DNA of 64,000 nt from Parcubacteria group bacterium Gr01-1014_31 (GTDB lineage: Bacteria > Patescibacteriota > Patescibacteriia > Buchananbacterales > GWA2-38-13): assembly GCA_007376135.1 (NCBI GenBank), contig VMFR01000007.1:24287-88286 (forward strand). Direction: 5' to 3'. Made by a program: the position numbers and the translations under genes. Under the pieces are notes generated by a model. It was not told the origin of the DNA and searched no databases. It worked only from the letters and a program-made list of their open reading frames with translations. Position 1 is the first letter of the stretch. Every line of letters begins with the position of its first letter. This document shows, piece after piece, positions 62,701 through 64,000 of this stretch.

Positions 62701-63058
62701 CTTTATCTGGCAAACGCAGGAGAATGCGACGGCGGCCTTGCGCCCTCGCCTCACGGTCCATTGCAAGAAGAATAGTTTCCGGCTGCGCGGCGGGCTGGTG
62801 CCGGCGGATGTTCCCTCCACGACCGGTATCTTCTGCATCACCGATCCGTTCACCTGTAATGTGCAGGGCGGCGGTTCGTGCACCGGGGTCACCCTGGTCG
62901 GTGCCGGTTGCATCGGCGGTTCCAGTACGAAGACCGTCGCGACCGGTTCTGGCGCCAGCTCGAACTACTGGCTGAAGGAAGCGGACTGGGCGCAGGGGAT
63001 ACCCGGCGGAACTTCGACGGGGGTCTACACCACAGTCATCACGTGGGACCTGCAGTAA
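56708..63058 (+). CDS. Giant (2117 aa) secreted modular surface protein with duplicated beta-sandwich and lectin-like modules. Its C-terminal domain is homologous to the ectodomain of the MerR-TM regulator.
   Basis: Signal MHRRYRTLLLGVLGILALSAAA. A ~230-aa module is duplicated (YSFQDGV...QWDISSI...RRNWGE..TWNTYDGSNNW..AG...RPKLTV). Short repeated NIRIRIP..FNMV modules. C-terminus ...SSNYWLKEADWAQGIPGGTSTGVYTTVITWDLQ. Confidence 0.75.
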   Translation: MHRRYRTLLLGVLGILALSAAARFSDSRPHATQGAEEREVATSYRAYRGKLVAAQNVMREHPRAQEAVFRVANRNDAEARGLLNVKKFDLGAAQKRYLFFPGHINYVDEQGTVVEADPTFIVRPDGAYAMTKAGYQVLAPQFADGVLEFTVDGATVTFRALGLGTSTPATVPHVQGIPQENRVIYPDAFGVGIDYVIQAESDELRKLVVFRTPPVQDFDLRVEFATSLGDSGTIRGRNTKFGATFFRQPTIWDSAGKQLPITVELSGGKMTKVLPASFFAASPEFPLQYPVMTDVTTSYYAGAGDGYVYYSLEFESNWDTAHHDIGTNATANYTGTTGQIASQADSGGYKPMRAFFPIDTSGIANSDEITAVRLKLYATAKTNSDNDGNDYINVVQTTQADTASLVAADFDTCGSIHSPTTGATSVDIGNITTTAYNTLTLNSTGQGWISKTGTTQLGAREGHDLADDIPGSTNSVTFSTSEETGTSQDPVLEVDTTAATITSVSRKNDDGREVFATSTENIDVSTIFVGETAGNTTIEYVIFMDLDGDNAPDTNETYVTNNCAGSAAWSTNNYTHQTANFTIADGSSPKTDTWTCSTTSFPEENGVYKVYVKWYDGAGTISSTGTPSFQFCDQPTGEGSWWDSSWENRTLISFRSSTFSEALVNFPVLVKATSTNFGFDDPDSSAEDVRFTDEDASTLLNFEREYYDATTTKEAYFWVQVPKIATSTDCDYVFMYYDKAGATDAASTTATWRQDYYEAVWHFGEYATTSATTYSFQDGVLPDASYNATEDLNLESGTPTTNQNADTTIQVDVLSCAGGAGDCHALLQWDISSIPASCTVSSGSININVSNLSADRYGIYGVRRNWGETTATWNTYDGSNNWTTAGAIDTTNDRFATDLMNSNADGGWGSGSTGSITHAFDSDGVSFLNDLIDGVTTNNGFVIMDHDSTDDDGYAWAYEGNATATNRPKLTVVCGGGTEPVYLDSTSNNHDETNSSIASRREKAQSKFGYSPKFDGSTSVLGIPDSNGFDITSYTLTGWFRRDGTGDPVTMSLSQTMEPIIAKGYAEADTQAADIQYSAGFNRSGQSTLAGNWEDDRHAAGNDWSTLGGTTIANSVWRHFATRLKDKAIFNLYLDGFANNTTTYPINQGASTGGTMKLGIGTAYNTGGTSDGKWNGYLDELRVYKVAVATSTASNESEWLRAEWYTADNGMVEWGTEATTTASVSISSAANQTFVVNQSTTAISTISITEGTSPSITDANNIRIRIPSTFNMVFYTSDTAANIGGSDWAKTGAISQGGEVAVAYEDSNKTVVVPVTSNFSAQDDITVYGLSFTSFTAVSGSDNLELEVDNGGTIADTDDKTIEIVAPTLSSYASQTFTVSQAMTTSSPMTITDASSATITNTSNIRIRIPTGFNMVWDTADTIIKVAPTLADYTSFYSTNDLPTVTIDVSDVTYNTTTDTLFIVINGTPTIYEYTLGGSLSRTINMNGFIDTEGIDWMYGNQYVLTEERSPYDVIVVTLDSSTTTLAKSEGTVIDVGFTCTTNLCLEGIRYDVANDWFYAVTEKQAGGGNGGRVFRINNDATYTEFTDLGTALSNAGYTDLASLAYDEVTKDLFLLSQENSIIIQATTTGTIRGTRAVDTGIFTQPEGLEFSSNYDSMFIVGEPDDYQRLTRASKINNTATFEDSSKTLVLDVTSDFTASETRTIGFVSFKSFTASSAADNLELEVTNDANIQDYDDKTITITGGASLAVTASTTVLAFPVTSYNFSSQTTTATNAAQGSAYITGGSGTWTLNLNCNASGQGCYWYGPGTRSYSFQDGVSPTAGYAGTEDVNIKADGASTNYNGDTVNCVDYNGDGCQTPATGIHRVLMQWDISSISTDCTVSGASVTVNNEITNGDSIHRFGVYALRRNWGEGTVTWNTYDGSNNWSTAGAGDTSNDRYSTDLMDGNSDGGWGRAVQGTLTFDFDSDGVAQVQQWIDGTVVNNGIIVQDNDVGDTNAFIWQTQENATAALRPRLTVHCKKNSFRLRGGLVPADVPSTTGIFCITDPFTCNVQGGGSCTGVTLVGAGCIGGSSTKTVATGSGASSNYWLKEADWAQGIPGGTSTGVYTTVITWDLQ

Positions 63059-63099
63059 GGAAGTTCAAATGTCAAAGTTCACCTGTCGATGGAGTTTAG

Positions 63100-63148
63100 A
63101 ATTTTCAATTTCAAAATTTTCAATTTTCAATCAATTACCAATTTTCAG
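63100..63148. repeat. Array of AATTTTCAA-type repeats (left arm of an inverted structure flanking the four-helix-bundle gene)
   Basis: gaattttcaatttcaaaattttcaattttcaatcaattaccaattttcag. Confidence 0.6.
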
Positions 63149-63162
63149 TTGTTCGTTGAAGT

Positions 63163-63512
63163 ATGAAGTATGATTTAGAGGAGAGGACTCAAAAGTTCGG
63201 TGAAGATATCATTGAATTTGCAAAAGTCATTCCGAGAAATATCATTACGATTCCTCTCATTAGCCAGCTCGTTAGTGCAGGCATAAGTATCGGGGCGAAC
63301 TATTGTGAAGCAACGGGAGCGAGTTCCAGAAAAGATTTTAGAAACAAGATATTTATTTGCAAAAAGGAAGCTCAAGAAAAAAACACTGGCTAAGAATGGT
63401 GGTTAAAGCCGTTCCTGAAATACGGGATAAAGCTAGAAAGCTTTGGCGGGAAGCGCAAGAGTTGACCCTGATTTTTAATAAGATTACCTCAAGTTCGAAA
63501 AAATTGGATTGA
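63163..63512 (+). pseudogene. Four-helix-bundle protein (rRNA-IVS-type protein family) interrupted by a frameshift in an A7 run at 63377-63383
   Basis: Frame 1 encodes ...ISIGANYCEATGASSRKDFRNKIFICKKEAQEK. Frame 0 continues KHWLRMVVKAVPE...ELTLIFNKIT. The two frames meet at the gaaaaaaac homopolymer. Confidence 0.55.
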
Positions 63513-63518
63513 TTAATT

Positions 63519-63566
63519 AAAATTTGAAAATTATTTGAAAATTGAAAACTGGTAATTGAAAATTTT
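63519..63566. repeat. Array of TTGAAAATT-type repeats (right arm; reverse complement of the left arm)
   Basis: aaatttgaaaattatttgaaaattgaaaactggtaattgaaaattttt. Confidence 0.6.
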
Positions 63567-63782
63567 TAGGATTACCTGCTTCGTATTTTGGATTTTCCTG
63601 CTGCCTATACTCCCTATAGGCATTTTTGTTTTCCACGTTTTTCCTCTGGAGCGTGCGGGCAGGGTAGTGTAGAGTAAGGGTACCGGTGCGCCGTGCGTGC
63701 CGGAAAAAACAAAACACAAAACCAACACGGAAAAACAAAAAGTTCCCGTGAGGTTTTTGTATTGTCGTGATTTTTCGCCTTC

Positions 63783-64000
63783 ATGATTCGACCGATCCAC
63801 CGGGCACAAAAGAAATCGGCCCTTCGTCAGCGGGCGCGATGGTCGCGTCATTTTCACCGATTGCGGGTCTTGGCGGTCGCTATCGCGCTGCTGCAGGTCG
63901 TAACGTTGGCCGGGTCCCTGCTGGTCGGCAAAACGGTGTCGGTCGTGCGCGCCGAAGACATCCAGGTGCAGCTGCAGATCCTGGCGGTGGGTGTTGACCG
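63783..64000 (+). CDS. 5' part of a membrane-anchored protein (runs off the window end)
   Basis: MIRPIHRAQKKSALRQRARWSRHFHRLRVLAVAIALLQVVTLAGSLLVG...; open to the end of the window. The ORF-track alternative in another frame is Gly/Arg-rich and looks like an out-of-frame artefact. Confidence 0.3.
   Translation, partial: MIRPIHRAQKKSALRQRARWSRHFHRLRVLAVAIALLQVVTLAGSLLVGKTVSVVRAEDIQVQLQILAVGVD

Noticed and set aside
63163-63512. Four-helix-bundle gene as part of an rRNA intervening sequence
   Set aside because: No rRNA gene sequence is present anywhere in the window. The element sits between two protein-coding genes.

Overview
The window is a 64-kb fragment of a visibly GC-rich bacterial chromosome with a compact housekeeping backbone. 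Recognisable core genes are ileS, a Nif3-family gene, ruvA, tRNA-Arg(CCG), a MurE-like Mur ligase, rpoB-rpoC, ftsK, a RodZ-like gene, recA, efp, rpsF-ssb-rpsR, ychF, folD-glyA, a phosphohexomutase, murI, gdh and trpS. Interleaved with these are very large secreted or surface proteins built from repeated modules: dockerin-like EF-hand pairs, thrombospondin-type-3 Ca-binding repeats, and Cys-rich 'W.C..WS.C...QTRTC.D.N.C' repeats. Some of these resemble what is seen in uncultivated CPR/Patescibacteria-type genomes; that taxonomic hint is only an inference. The strongest candidate for a novel system is the locus at 53.8-63.1 kb. It encodes a membrane-anchored MerR-type regulator whose extracytoplasmic domain is a copy of the terminal domain of a 2117-aa surface protein two genes downstream, with a LysM/LytR_C membrane protein between them. 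The other notable signals are listed here. (1) An 874-aa protein carries six dockerin-like modules and is split by a 1-nt frameshift inside a 120-bp near-identical repeat. (2) An AT-rich, apparently foreign HExxH metalloprotease gene carries the same dockerin-like module. (3) A tRNA-Arg gene is followed by a partial 3' copy with a 29-nt insertion exactly at the canonical intron position. (4) A family of ~22-nt inverted repeats overlaps the start codons of two regulator genes, and a 25-bp palindrome flanks a beta-lactamase-like gene. (5) A terminated, structured ncRNA candidate lies upstream of trpS. (6) AT-rich islets sit in otherwise GC-rich DNA: a block inside ileS, a small membrane-protein gene, and a frameshifted four-helix-bundle gene flanked by inverted AATTTTCAA arrays. 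Coordinates were refined from the supplied ORF track by locating plausible internal start codons; no database searches were possible.
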